A DNA stretch of 64,000 nucleotides from assembly GCA_003427395.1 (NCBI GenBank), contig BFEA01000009.1, positions 6,996,272 through 7,060,271 on the forward strand, given 5' to 3'. Position numbers and translations under genes: made by a program. The DNA is from Chara braunii. Lineage: Eukaryota > Plantae > Charophyceae. This document shows positions 1 through 13,196 of this stretch, one piece after another. Below the pieces are notes generated by a model, which was given only the letters and a program-made list of their open reading frames with translations, was not told the DNA's origin and did no database searches. Numbering within the stretch: the stretch's first letter is position 1; every line of letters starts with the position of its first letter.

Positions 1-59
1 GGGTTTGTACAACAGCTCTGTACTCCTTTGGCTATGGGAGGTATGTATTAATCAGTTGA

Positions 60-340
60 GGCATTTAAGGTGCTCAGAGTGCTTGGGGTGCGGGCGTGTT
101 GTCCTGTCGGCTAGCTCAATAGGTTTCATGCCTGAGTGGCAACGAGTGGGTGATGGGTTAAAAACCTACTATCACTTTCGGGTTTGCGGTTGGCCAAGGC
201 CAGAACGAGGCTCGTCGGTGTTGGGGTGAGTTCTGCCACTCTGTAACCTGACGCTATGCGGGAGCATGAAGACTGGTAATGAGATCTGGGAAAGTGGTCG
301 TGTGACCAAGTATGGTGCGAAGTATGTGGTGGGAAAGGTT
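60..340 (+). mobile_element. Older, opposite-orientation relative of family A (host of the 356-1688 insertion)
   Basis: 216-248 CGGTGTTGGGGTGAG...CACTCTGTAACC is the reverse complement of the family A GGTTACAG motif. Boundaries are approximate. Confidence 0.5.
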
Positions 341-355
341 TGTTCAGGTCCTACT

Positions 356-1688
356 TTTTTTTTTTTTTTAACAAGGCTCCAATCTGAACAACTTAGCAAA
401 TTACTACGACGAACTTCAGGAATGAGCAAAGTTCAGAAAACGACTCAACCCCCCCCCATCAATCTTCTTGACCTCACTCCGGCAAGACTTACTGCAGCAG
501 AGCCACCATCTTCGTTGCCGTTGTACCCAATTTCCGTCCTACAAGCTAGCCCCCTCACTAGTAGGACGCTTGATATCCAACCATCTACTTCTTCATGCAG
601 AGGGCCCTTTTGTTTTTAGAGGAGCATTCAGATCGAGAAATATCTGCCTTAGAGCCTTTCAGTAGCCCACCACTACCTGCCTCATCCCTATATCCCGATA
701 CTTGGTCTCTACTAGGACTCACACCCCCAACTGCTAAGTTACAGAGTGGCACGACCCACCAGAAGACTCCCACCTGCTAACTACAGGGCAAAAACGACCC
801 GCCCCGGCTTCGACCAGCATGGTCTAAGTACCAGCTTACCAAAGGACATTAGAGTGCCTTCCACCCTCGACAACTCCCCAGATCTCTCTACAAGGTCTCT
901 TGCCCTCGTACAACTCTAGTTACAGGGCAGCGCGACCAAGCCCTAGCACCGACCAATGTCGCTCTGGCCTCGTCCATTCGCAAGCCCACGGGGACCCAAG
1001 ACTACAGCAAATACCAGATAAGCCACCAATCAGCACCATAATTGTAGATCCGATCACTCAACTCCTTCGGGCGCTGGTTGCAGATATCCCTGGCACGTAA
1101 AATCCCTCACAACGCTACTCCGGCAAGTCTTACTGCGATGAAGCCACCATCTTCACCGCTGCTGTACCCTATTTCCACCTTGCAGGTTAGCCCCATGGCC
1201 GCAGAGCGCATTATCCCCCACCATCGCAACCCCGGCCCCCTACCACCAGCGCCAGCTTCTAAAGAATTTTTTTAATAAAAAAATTTTAACCCATTCAAGA
1301 ACATATTCAGAAATAAAAAGCTATGAAAAACAGAGAGACGAAAATCAGAAATAGAGCCACCAACAATCCAACTCATACCGTCACTACAGACGAGAAACCG
1401 CCGCTCAGGCTTTCAGTCCTCTTACCAGAAATCGCCAGTTCTCACACCCCCCTTGCTAGGGTTACAGGGCAACGCAAACTGCCCCAGCACCGAACTAACT
1501 GTTTTCTGACGGACAGGAAGTATCTTCCTCCCTCGACGACTTCCTTAGCTTCAAACCCCCTAGCGGGTTACAGGGTCACCGCCCCGGCATCAGCTACGTT
1601 GAAAGAGGTGGTTATGCCTTCCACCCTCGGCATAACTCCAATGGCCTAAAGCTCCTCTTGGTCACAGAGCCACTGCTCCACCACCGGC
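356..1688 (-). mobile_element. Non-autonomous poly(A) retroposon, family A (SINE-like or LINE 3'UTR-derived)
   Basis: Poly(T) at ~355-369. 15-bp TSD TGTTCAGGTCCTACT at 341-355 and 1689-1703. Internal modules are shared with 14.1-15.3 kb and 22.2-22.8 kb. Confidence 0.85.
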
Positions 1689-1907
1689 TGTTCAGGTCCT
1701 ACTAGGTACTAGCTGTTGGGATATACCCAATAAAAGAATTCTATGGTTGAATTCTGGTCAGTACCATCTTGTCTGACACCCATGACATCCATGGATCGAT
1801 TACGATGCCTATCAGCGTTGAGACCCTCAAGTTACACAATATGTTCAGGGAGTGGTGTTCGCCCATCCATGATCGCCATCAGCACGGCGGGAGAGAACAA
1901 CGATGGT

Positions 1908-1964
<57 letters not shown>

Positions 1965-1986
1965 AACAACAATAACAACAACAACG
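1908..1986. repeat. (AAC)n microsatellite
   Basis: Direct reading. Confidence 0.95.
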
Positions 1987-2771
1987 ACGAAGATGGCGGC
2001 AGCGATCATGGCAGCAGTGGGGCAGGGAGCGGTGCTTGCGCATCCATGATCACTATCAGCGCAGTGATCGGCTGAAAAAATAGGTCTACTATCCTCCCCC
2101 CCCCCAGCCTTGATACGGAGTTGAACCTTTTTGTCTGGCAGAGGGGAGGAGTAAGATAGTCGATGGTGGATGGAGATGCCTATACAGATCAGTTTGATAA
2201 AGATGCCTCTCGCCAGGTTATCACCCCATTTGCAGGAGGTCAATCCTTCCCTTCTGTAGGGAAGTAATCAGTGCCCCTGCTCTTTCTGGACAATGTCTAG
2301 TGGGATGATTATGCATTCTTTTGCATAAAGGATGCTGGACTCGCCGTCCAGATCATATATATCATTGATAGGGTTTCATGTTTAGGATTGATTGATTCTG
2401 ATCATACACATCACATCACAGGTAGGGTTTCGTGTTTAGGTTCATTGATTCAGAGCACATCCATTCCATCTTTGCTCGCTGTTTCGGGAAATTACAACCT
2501 AGTTTGGATTTCCTGGCATACCCACTCATATCCACACACCGCTGCATAGGGACGCTAGGCCCGATTCCCAGCAGATACACAACCCATCCTAGTTGGAGAC
2601 ACTAAACCCGATTGTTCTGATCTCCAGCTCACATACACCATCTCAAAGCTAGGGTTTCGTCTCCTGGTGTGAGGATTGGGCTTGATGCCTTAGTTCGTTT
2701 TTTGAGAAACCGTAGATCAGTTGGATAGGGTTCTCCTGTCATCTGACATATATTGGTTAACGAAAATACAT

Positions 2772-2962
2772 AGTACGTGGTTGGTGGTATCAATATATCT
2801 GACAGTACGTGGTTGGTGGTATCAATATATCTGACTCGGTATAGGGACGCTGGACCCAACTTCCAGCTGATACATTCACATCATTGCACAGGGACGCTGG
2901 ACCCGATTTCCAGCTGATACATTCACATCATTGTATAGGGACGCTGGACCCGATTTCCAGCA
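2772..2962. repeat. Short tandem repeats (2x ~32 bp and 3x ~47 bp)
   Basis: GTACGTGGTTGGTGGTATCAATATATCTGAC occurs twice. GGGACGCTGGACCCGATTTCCAGC.. occurs three times, with a diverged copy near 2548. Confidence 0.85.
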
Positions 2963-4739
2963 GGTGCAGCTCCCCACCAATAGATGGAGCCTTCGACGCT
3001 GAGGCCTACCTACCAGGGATGCTCTATCACCTCGTTAAGTAGGTTTCCTGTATAAAAAAAAAAAAAAAAAAAAAAAAAAAGAGACATGAACTCCCTGCCA
3101 TGCCAGAGTGCATGCTGGCGGGCAGTCTGCCGGTTCCCTGTCCAAGCCTACATGGATAGTGCATAGTCGACTAGGGGGGTCCTTAGCCTGCTGTCTCGTG
3201 CCAGGTTAAGGTTGCAGCTGGCACCACTCTCTAGCATCTATGGTTGGCTAGCTGGGATTAGATCTGTGACCACTGTCTGCAACCCAGCAGCTGGGCTACA
3301 GTGCATTCTCCTACTAGAGTCTCGGGGGACGGCCCAATAAATTGTACCCGTTTGGGGTAGGCCGTTCTTGATGAGAACGAAAGGGATGCTCGCAGCACCT
3401 CGAGGGGGACCGAGGGTGGCGCCTGTGCGACTGGGTACCCTAAAGGTCTCTTGGTGCGGGATACTCTCAGCCGTTAACCCTGAGATGAGGCGGGTTTGTA
3501 CCTTCGCTCTTGAGCTGAAATGCCAACTGCCTTACCCTGAATGTGTACAATTTTCCTATAAAAAAAAGAAAAAAAAAAACTCCCAATACCAGTCATAACA
3601 GAAGTTGAACGGTCATTAATCATGAAAGAAAGTACAGCAGGGTAGAATGACCAAAGGGCGCTAAGCTGTAACAAGGGGTCAGGAGGTAGTCATAGGAGAC
3701 ATGTGGTATGCACAGCTCCCACACAAGCCCCTTCGCCGCCCGACATTGGTGCAGGGTCCATTTTTGTGGGTTTCTTCTTTTTTTTTGGGGGGGGGGGTCA
3801 TCTGCATTTTTCTGAGTTTGTTTTGTTGTTGTCCTCAGTCTTTTTTCGGTTCTCAGTCCATTTTGTTTCACATATGATTAATAGGTGGTGTCATTTTCGG
3901 CGGATTTTCACCCAAACTACCATATTTCTCCGAATTGGTGTTTTTTTTTGTTGTTTGTTTTTTTGTGTGATATGTATGTGCTTTAGGGTATATCTGTATT
4001 CAGTTTCCATGCATTTGGACCGCTGACAAAAAAGTTGGCAAAAACACCGAATTCGGGAAAAAAATTGCCGAACTCCATAAGCTACTCCCAATAGGGTTTT
4101 ATAGTGCTTTTTAGTTTGTTTTTCTTTCGTATTTTTTGGCCTGTTTGATTTTTTCGATGTTTGTATTATGAGCCTGCATTGTTTGTTCGCAAATTTTTTG
4201 ACGACATTGCTTAACCATCTCTCTTTTGTCTGTTTCAGGTTTGTCCGGTCTGGACATGTCGTTTGTCCAGACCGGTAGTCCTCTGGACCCTAGCGCCGTT
4301 TTCAGGCCCAGCGGCTGATTCTCAGGCCTGTCGCACTTTGTTTGGGATTGAAAAACGTTTTGGTCCAGGGCCTGTTTCATCCTCTTGCGAGAACACCTCT
4401 GCAGGTTCAGCAGAGGGGCCTGGACGTCCAGTTGGGACACAGGCAGGCCGCTTTTTTCAATGGAGCCCGCGTTACTCTCCTTCGGTTCGTGGTTGCAGTC
4501 TTCTCATTTGGGAAACAGCTACATGCCGCTCACTAAACGATGAGCTGCTAAATTTGTGTGGGAAAGCATCCTAGCCAAGCAATGGAATCTATCCTGGGCC
4601 CAAGATGTGCGTACACGCCTAATTAGGTACTCATTCCGAAGACGACGAGTGAAATCACATATCTGGCGCGTGGTTATGTTAGCATCGAAGATACTCGGAC
4701 CTGGTGTGTTGGTAGAGCCAGTAACTAAAGCCAAAGTAC

Positions 4740-4857
4740 CTTCTTTTTTTTTTTTTTTCGGAAACATGCTCCAATCTATTCGTGGGGAGCAGGACGTGCT
4801 GGGAACCGGGCCCAGCGTCCCATTCAAGATCATATTGAGAAATTGAGAAATTTATGG
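4740..4857 (-). mobile_element. Short 5'-truncated poly(A) retroposon inserted in the LINE fragment
   Basis: Poly(T) at 4741-4758. 13-bp TSD AAAGCC(A/G)AAGTAC at 4727-4739 and 4858-4870. Removing it restores the LINE frame. Shares ACGTGCTGGGAACCGGGCCCAGCGTCCCAT with 14104. Confidence 0.8.
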
Positions 4858-5559
4858 AAAGCCGAAGTACTCACCCAAACCCTGTTTGAAAATCCATTCA
4901 TTGCAGATATTGAGGAAGACTGTTCAAAGCAGACCCTGCCCCTGCCAGTTTTGGTTGGTGCTGGATAGAGAGAGGGGTCCTCAGGATAGATGACATTTGG
5001 GATTCCCTACCGAACAGTTGGATCTCAGACACAGACCTGCATGGAAAACCGGACAATAACTATTTATTTCTGCAATTCCATGTAGAAACGAAGGTAAGCA
5101 ATGGCCAGATTCACACGAAATAGAATAAATCTGTTACTTGCAAGCGTGTACACTGCTCAAACCACACACGTGTTCCTCTACATGTTTCAACCGGGGCAGC
5201 CAGACTCTACCACCCATGAGTGGGGAGCAGCGTCTGCTACGGGTCCACACAGCTATACACAGTACATACACACACACACACACACATACACACATGGGCT
5301 GGGGGGGAGGTTGTGATCAACTGATAATGATGATAAGGCGTCTCGTTGATAAGTACCCGGCCTTAAATATACTGTGTGGTGGGAGAGAGTAGAGGGCATG
5401 AGTAGGCGTCTGGATGATAAGAACCCCGCCTTAAATATATAGTGTGGTGGGAAAGAGTAGAGGGTGTGAGTTACTGGTTGGTCAATTTAGGGGCCAATAC
5501 GTGAGTTGCTTGAGCCTGGCGTCCGAAATACCCATACGACGAGGTTCGTTCGACTATGC

Positions 5560-5833
5560 TTCAACCAGGGCTGGGTCGCTAGCCCTGGTGCCAGTCACTA
5601 CTGTTCGGTCCAAGTTACCTTCCCATAGGTAGGGTAATGGTCCTGAGTGCTGGTCACACTTAGGTAGGATAGTAGGGATAGGGGATGCGCTAGGAGTATT
5701 GATGCAAGGATGGAAGGGGTGGTGGCCCCGCTGCCTCAGAGCGTCCACAGCTGACCACGCCCGGCGATCAAATGTGTGCCTAGTAACTGGCCTCTACAAC
5801 ACCCTGGACTTAAAAAAAAAAAAAAAAAAAAAA
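5560..5833 (+). mobile_element. Diverged 3' part of retroposon family B with poly(A)
   Basis: 5610-5690 resembles 17790-17870. The 3' end CCTCTACAACACCCTGGACTT(A)n matches family B ends at 15650-15676 and 17974-17995. The 5' limit is uncertain. Confidence 0.6.
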
Positions 5834-7016
5834 GAGCTAGTGAGGGCTGATACGGCCTTGCCTTCATCGTATAGCTAAGCCTTCCGTTGCACGGACACTA
5901 GCCTTACTCTTTAGTAGGTCCTGAAAATCTGCTAGACCCAGGCTCAACAGAACCCCTTGGTACTTGGTTCCTGGCACCAAAAAAAAAGAACCCCTCGGTA
6001 CTTGGTTTGTAAGTAACCAGGGAGACCACTCGAAACTGTGGATTCTAATGGAGGACCAATCAGATGGAAGACTAATATTCTAGGGGTGGTCAGTTACCTC
6101 TCCATCAAACTTTTTTTTCTTTTCTTTTCTTTTTTCAAGCGCCCCCTCCAGTGTTAGTGGTGCTGGTAAGAGCAGCAGACACCACTAGCACCTGGGGAGA
6201 GGCTCCATCTATTGGTGGGGAGCATCACCTGCTGGAAAATGCGTCCAGAGTCCCATGTACAGAATGAATTTACTGTACCTGGATGCAGAAAATCCAACCT
6301 CCAGTTGGCACCACCTTTTCCTGTTTTTGAGATTGTCAACGAACAAGGTCAATCGACCCGCACAGTCTTTTCCAAGGGCTCCCCAATTGGAAAATTAAAG
6401 CTAGATCTGAAAATGTGGGAATAGTTGGCCCAAGGAAGAGCGGGCAATAATATTGGCCGACTGCAGTACACTCAGAAGATCGGGAACAAACTGGTGCTCA
6501 CATCGGAAGATCCGTTGACAGTAGCCCAGACCAGATGGCAATCATTGTTAGATCTGGACCCAGTGACGACGATGATGACAGCACCAATGCGGAGAGCGGC
6601 GATGATGGCAACACCCGCCAGAGTGTCCTTCGTCATCACCCCCGTCGTCATGTCCACCATCAACCACTTCGAATCCACTCTTCTGAACTACGTCTCCCCA
6701 CCGTTTCCCTGTCGGTCGTGTTTATGTATATTGATGTGTGTGCACTGGAGGATACATATACATACGGAAAATTCAATGATGGATGTAGACATACACATAG
6801 AAATACACATAGAAATGCGGATGGATAAGAAAGGGAGACATGCACATAGATAGGTACATACATACATACGTAGATAGATGGTCAAATACATAGATAGATA
6901 CATAGATGGACATGTAGATTAATAACTACACAGATCGGCGAATAGACAAACGAAGACGTGCATACACACACAGACATGAGGGCCCGGGGGTTAGGCGGTG
7001 AAAAAAAATAAGAGAC

Positions 7017-7025
7017 ACACACACG

Positions 7026-7102
<77 letters not shown>
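7017..7102. repeat. (CA)n(GA)n microsatellite
   Basis: Direct reading. Confidence 0.95.
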
Positions 7103-7104
<2 letters not shown>

Positions 7105-7119
7105 CCTGACATCATCGTC

Positions 7120-8470
7120 AGGCACTGCCTCGACGTTGAGGTCCGGCATGAGTCGGCGTCCACGGCCACGACGGCATCGTTGTCGTCGCCCACGTCCATG
7201 TGGACCATCCCCATCGTTGTGGCTGCTGTCCTCCATGAGTGCTGCATCTATGGGGACGTTGTTCTCTATCATGATATTGTGGAGAATTCAGATAGCCGTG
7301 AATTCCTTGTGAAAGGTTTTCATGTTGCTTATCTGACTGTGGATGAAATTTCTCTACACCATCTTCAACCGCCCAAATGTCCGCTCTATGCAAGATCTCG
7401 CCGTCATGCGGCATTCGTCGTACGTCCTGTCTGCGGCCGCTTTGCAATACCTTCCAATGGGTGTCATGAGCGATGGCAACAAAGGGTACACGGCGTCGCC
7501 GACCAAGTACCGCCGAACGTGAGTACCATCATGGAGAACGACACGACCCTCGCCCAGCACCCCTTTGCCATCCGTGGCGTTGCGGAAGAGTGGCGAGATG
7601 CGAAGAATCCTTGAATCGTGCACGGAACCCGGACAGCCGACGAAGGCGCTCACAATCCTGCACTCATGGTCACAAACCACCTGAGCCACAACCGAGAACC
7701 CACCCGTGTGGTGGTCGTAGCACTCCGATCGTTCCCCCTTGGACTTGTGAATGTAAATGAGTACAATAAATGGCCCCAATGCAACCCGGGAAGCCGTTGC
7801 ACTCGAAAGCGTTGTGAACCTCCTCCAATCTATCACGAGTGGGAAAGCACAGGAGATGTCCATACTCGTGGATTAAAGGGTCGGTCACTTCCTCATTGGT
7901 ACGCAAAGCACTGGCCAACCCCATCCCTAAACCATGGGATGACTGCCTGTAGTAGCCGCCTGTCGCCCACCGAATGAGTGCACAGGCGAACTTCTGACCC
8001 GTGGGCAATGGCATCCTGAAATTGGTAGGCAAGCGCTGGATTTGCGGCACTATATGAGCCAGCACTTCGAGGAACAGCGGTCGTGGCAGTCTGCAGAACC
8101 GCACGAATACCTTGTCATGCTCTGCCCCTTGCCACATAAGGTCCTTCCACACTCCCCCAGTACGGTCCAGCACCCAAATGTGAAGCCTGCCGTCCATGTG
8201 CCTTTCCATCTCCTGTGAAGCCACCGACGCCAAAGCGAAACCGTGCATAATTCCCCCCGTCAAGGTCGTCAGGTGGGAGGATGCATCCCAAAAAGGCATG
8301 ACCGCGACGGTTTCAAGCACGGCCATGGCTGCGACATTTTGCCTGTTTGCCCACTGGGTGATGGCGAACATTGCAAAGAATGGTAAATCCTCCCAGCCCC
8401 TGTCAATGGAGGCACAACAATCCTTTTGGCAAAGTCTGTGACCTTCGGTGGATATGGTGGAAGGTTTCAA
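7120..8470 (-). pseudogene. PIF/Harbinger (HARBI1-like, DDE_Tnp_4) transposase, frameshifted
   Basis: Motifs FPGCIGAIYCTH (first catalytic D mutated to Y), QVVCD..GCPGSVHDSRIL, YLVGDAVYPL, RSCIERTFGRLK and ILHN. Frameshift near 7755 and a stop at 7354. Confidence 0.92.
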
Positions 8471-9787
8471 AGCTCAACATTCCATGAGTGCTAGCAATCC
8501 ACTAAATGGAGCAAGGACGGCGGCTATGGTGGCCGTGTTCTCTGTCAGGGCACGAGGCATCACCTATCTGCGGAAGCAGGTGGGGTAGGCACGGAGCACG
8601 GGCACGAAGGACTGTGGGAACTCGACACGCAAAGTGCAGAAAGAGAGACCCCATCGCTGTGTCATCAACGGTCACTGCCGTCTCCAACAGATGACCGTTG
8701 CAACCGCACGGAGAGGCTTCCTGGCTGCTACCGGGATGCCGGACTGCCTGGGAGAAGGGGTCGCGCACCGTCGCTCGCTTGCCCCTTTGTCCTGGTTTCT
8801 GTGGATTTCCACCGCCCACCCCACCCTTTCCTTTTCGGACGGGGCACCGTAGACTCTTCCTATTTGGGAAAGGACGGCTGTTTCCAGTGCCAATAATCGC
8901 GCTGGTGGTGGGATCCGCTCGAGAATCCAGTTCTCTTTTCCAGGCACTCAAAAGTTTCCAGCCACCGCCGTGCAGTGGGGTCCAAGCCTAAGATCGGATA
9001 GGCACACAAAAAGTGCATGAGCAAAACTGACTCTCTCCAGGGAAAAAAAAACACATTCACATACAACACTCGGAAAACCAAAAAGCGTAAAAAAAACAAA
9101 AAGGCTTTAACTTTCAGAAAATCTCAAAGGATAAACTAGAAAACCACTACCTCAAAAGTGGAAGCTAGAAGTGGGCCCCGCGACTGGGTTCAAATTGAGA
9201 GTGAAAGGTACAAGTGGGTGCGCGACTGGGTTCAAATTGAGAATTGAGAATTACGTATAAGTCTACACAGAGTTCCATCTTGTTTTCATGTACAGAAGTA
9301 GCAACGCAAGCAGCTCTCCTCAGAAATGGCCCTCCCACGGGACGAACAATACCCCAACTTGTGGAAAGCTTCATGCTGCCTCAGGTGACAATGGCTGCTC
9401 AAGCTTCACACACTCGACTCCGATCAGAGAGGGTATTCTGCCGGACAATAAAAGACCGTCAATGCCACCAGCAGTCCCACTTGCAAAGAGGGTTGGATAA
9501 ATACCCTGCACCTGGACGTGTTTTAAGCAAAGATGCGGAAAAGCATTTCAATCTTGACATTCTGCACCTTTCCACAAACAAGTCCAGATTCAGGTCTTGA
9601 AGAACCGCCGGTGATAATGACCATTTTGCGGAAAGCAGAAGCCAAAGACAGCTGCACTGACAACGGGAGAGATCAGAGTTGAGGATTACAGACAGCGCCT
9701 CTGTGGAGAGTGAGTTGTGGAGCATGACAAGACCTTCTCCATGTACAGTTCCACATCTGAGGCCAGATGCATGCAAGAGGAATTCCT

Positions 9788-10585
9788 TTTTTTTTCTTCT
9801 TTTTTTTAACTATGCCATATTCTTCTCTCAAATCTTTCATCATCTTTCAAATTCTTCCAATTCACCATCACTACCGACCTACCAACCACTACTCCTAAGA
9901 CTTAGACAGGGGACCCCTGCAAACATAGCTTTGCTGTCTCCCTCCAGGCCCCCATCAGAGGGGATGGATGTTGCCCTCCGCCCCAACCATGGTGGTCAAG
10001 GATGGGATGGGGCGGCTGGTGGGGGTCCGGCTAACGCAAAGACTGAGCATTTTGCCAGTAGCTGCGCCTCCCTTTTCATCGTCCCCCACCCCGAACCGAA
10101 TAACCGCAGTGTCTAAGGCCAACACTCTCCCCCCACACACCACAGGAATTCCTTTTTGACAATGAAAAGTTATATTCTTCTCTCAATGTCACCGCACACT
10201 ACCTACCTACCACTACTCCTAATTGTAAGCATACGGGGAACCCCGTAGCAGCCAGAACCGTGTTCACGAGAGAACATGTGGGGGCTGCTCCTGACCTGCC
10301 GGTGGGCGATACCGGCTAGGGGACAGCCGGTAGCATCAGGGACCATGCCAACAGGACCAATCCCTGTGCCTCCCCTCAGGTGGTGGTCCCTTCCCCTACG
10401 AACATCAGCAGACTCTGCTCAATGCTGATCAGGGGATCCAGTGGTCTATCTCTAGGTGGCNGGNNNTTTTTTTTTTTTTTTTTTTTTTTTTGAAAACTAC
10501 GGTATATTCTTCTCTCAAATCTTTCATCATCTTTCAAATTCTTTCAATTCACCTTCACTACCTACCTACCTCTACCTCTGCTTTT
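9788..10585 (-). mobile_element. Cluster of three short retroposon 3' ends sharing TATATTCTTCTCTCAA...CACTACC
   Basis: The shared block occurs at ~9817, ~10172 and ~10503, each after a T-tract. AGGAATTCC is duplicated at 9778 and 10144 as a probable TSD. Confidence 0.6.
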
Positions 10586-11478
10586 AGGGCTTTTGGGAGA
10601 CCCTTTTTTCTCTGAGGGTTGGGAGAATGTCAGGACACTGAGGACAGTGGCTCAGTTGTGGTCATTCCCGTTTGAACGCACGGAGCGCTCCCGCCCGACA
10701 AGGCTCAGCGGGCATCCGCTCCAGGTCCTCGGACTTGCAGAGGTCGTTTTCGTAACTGTGGAGGGTCAGGGCGGCGCGCGGCGGCGGCCATGGCAGCGAA
10801 GCTTTAGTGAGCATTGTGTCTACTGTTACTGGAGTGTCTTTGCGCGACAATAGGAACGGCAACAAGTAACGGGAGCCAGAACAGCAGGTAAGTTGACGTC
10901 GTCCACATGCCATTGGCTTCAGATGGGAATCTCCGACAAGCTGCTGATCCATGGCTACCTAGCATGGAAGACAGCAGGCAACATCTTCAGCATATGGTCT
11001 CTCTCCTCTCTGTCTCCACTCCGCCTCCACCAGCGGTTGTTGGGGGAGCAACCTTGGGGGCGAAATGGGTGGAAACCGTGATACAGACGATGTTGGAGGT
11101 TATCTGGGTGCTGGAGGAGGGGCCGGCTCCGGAGCTGGATGAGTTTGTTGACTGGCGTCAGGTGGACGCCCTGTCCAGCGATTGTTACACGCTCCTTGAA
11201 GAGGGGCTCGAGCGAGGTGGTGACTTGGCCAAGTGCTCAGGAGGTGAGCTGCAAATCACCATGTTGGCCCACGGTCGCACCAGCAGCACCAGCTCCAATA
11301 ATCTCACCGACATCTGCAACCACGTTATCATCACCTACACCAACGATCATTGCCCCTGCGCCTGCCACAATGAGTACACATGACTTGGGGTGTTCAAGAA
11401 CAGAGATGGCGCAAACGACGATGACATCAGCGACACCAATAGTGCCTGCGACTAAGACGCTGACATCTGCACAGGCCA

Positions 11479-11610
11479 CCAACAACAACAACAACAACAA
11501 CTACACCAACAACGATAATACTATGCACGACAGTGGCATGGAAGGAGTGATCCTGAGCTCGTGCGCGTCCGGGAGTGACAACAACAACAACAACAATAAC
11601 AATAACAACA
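11479..11610. repeat. Two (AAC)n tracts
   Basis: Direct reading. Confidence 0.9.
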
Positions 11611-12761
11611 CTGACAGTGTGGCAAGTGCGACTGGGCATTCTCTTCCCCCCTCTCCTCTTCCTCCCCTCTTGTTTTCCTTCTTCCGGTTTTCCGGTGTTG
11701 ATTGGGGGGAAGGGCGGAATGGATTGTTCTGTAAAGTGGAAGGGTGTGCGGGGGAGCAAGGAGTGGGATGGTGGCGCGAAGGGGTAGGATAATGAATGTC
11801 TGATGGCCAGGTCGGATAGGGTTGTCCTTGATTGGTTGGCTTTACCGCATCTTACTTTGGCCACGTGGCAACAGGGCGGGTAGGGTTTGCTCATGTGGTT
11901 GTTCAGTGATTTGTCATGTGGAATTGGCGATTTAAACTTTTGCTACGTGTCTATAAACATAGATATTGGCCACATGGCAGGGCAGGAGGTCCTGTGAGGA
12001 TCGGCACCGGGGCTGCGTATGCGATTGATTTACGCTCTGCCACGTGGGTATTGCGATTTGACTTTTTTTCAACTTTTTCCCACTTGAGCACACCTTCGAT
12101 TAACCAGTTTGCTGGTGGGCAGATTTTTTTGCTATAAACATACGTTTCTACCACGTGGCAGGGCAGGGGGTGCAGTGGTGTTAGGCATCAGGACTGCTTA
12201 TGCGACTGATTTGTGTCCTGCTACATGGGTATTTTGCTTTGAATTGTTTTGCAACAGTGCCTTCCCCACTTGAGTGGTTTTGCTGCCAATTAGGATCGTG
12301 GGGGGCATGTTGGTGCGGGCAACCTTGATAAGAGATTGCAATAGTCAAATTGGTTGTCATTGGTTAGGGTTTGACTTGGTTTGATGGTCTTTACGTGCAG
12401 ACTAGAATTTTCTTCCAACTACTGTGCTCCCCTTTGGTTTGTGTCTGTGTTAACTACTGCTGCTTAGGGGAAGCTCGTCGTAATTACTAATGAACTACTA
12501 AACTTTCTTGCCCTGTTATCAATCTCTTTGCCGTATTGATATCTCCCCTACTCCTCACCGTGTAGAAGATTGAAGTATGGATACTTGAGGAGTTCTGTAG
12601 GGCAGAGATTGATTCTGCACACAATGGGGTTAATCCTTCCTCACTGGGGAAGCAATCAATACCCCGCGACTATGCTACATTTGTGATATGCAGGGAAGCT
12701 GTCTCCAGGGGAGCAGTGGCTGAGGCTCTTCCAGCCCTAATGGGAAGAGGAGTGCGTATAA

Positions 12762-13196
12762 GGGAGGGACCCCACTGGCTGGCGGTAGCTGGCCGCCAGC
12801 CTTTGGAAGAAATGTTTTGAGACCCCACTGCTGGCGGCAAACGCAAGCACTTTTGTTTCCACTCTGCCTGCCTCCGCTTTTATAGCACACCAACCAATCC
12901 CCGTGCCTCCTTTCCGCACGGGATGGGTGGTATGCACGCAAACATCTAGAGCCCGCCAGCATACCAGCCATCCCGTGCGGAAAGGAGGCACGGGGATTGG
13001 TTGGTGTGCTAAAAAGCGGAGGCAAACTTGCCCGAAAAGGCAAGTCTTCCTTATCGGGTAACAGACACCTTGGGAAGTGCCGAAAATTGCTGTGGCAGTG
13101 GGGTCCCATTTCGCTTGCCCATTCCCGTCGGCTACGATTTGTGCTGGCGGATGCTTTCCTGGCCGCCAGCTACCGCCAGCCAGTGGGGTCCCCGCC
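12762..13196. mobile_element. Tourist-like (PIF/Harbinger) MITE, 435 bp
   Basis: TAA TSD at 12759-12761 and 13197-13199. ~32-bp TIR GG..GGGACCCCACTGGCTGGCGGTAGCTGGC. Internal hairpin with 67-bp arms. Confidence 0.88.

Larger units (their letters stand above)
4540..6555 (+). pseudogene. Fragmented LINE ORF2 (post-RT region), interrupted by later insertions
   Basis: The translation ILAKQW..SFRRRRVKSHIWR..EPVTKAEVLTQTLFENPF..SFGWCWIERGVLRIDDIWD aligns with the 23-kb LINE (SYQRRRLKSPLWQ..EVLRQPLFENQW..SFGRTWVERGMLRIEDLWD). 6.3-6.55 kb (FSKGSPIGKLKLDLKMW..QY) resembles 19.2-19.4 kb. Confidence 0.7.

Noticed and set aside
1608-1640. HDV-like ribozyme around GCC-TTCCACCCTC-GGC
   Set aside because: It forms a simple hairpin. 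No P1/P2 pseudoknot was found, and it lies on the antisense strand of the element.
1743-2243. Poly-Asn and poly-Val ORFs, and similar SLSL, ERER and poly-Met ORFs elsewhere
   Set aside because: Translations of microsatellites.
2370-2660. Telomeric or telo-box TAGGGTTT motifs
   Set aside because: Isolated single copies with no array and no linked gene.
3680-4090. MITE with GGAGGTAGTCATAGGAG / CTCCATAAGCTACTCCC ends
   Set aside because: The inverted match is too degenerate and there is no TSD.
10600-11800. Protein-coding gene (158-aa and 217-aa ORFs)
   Set aside because: GC-rich, low-complexity frames with AAC tracts and no recognisable motif. A decayed TE ORF cannot be excluded.
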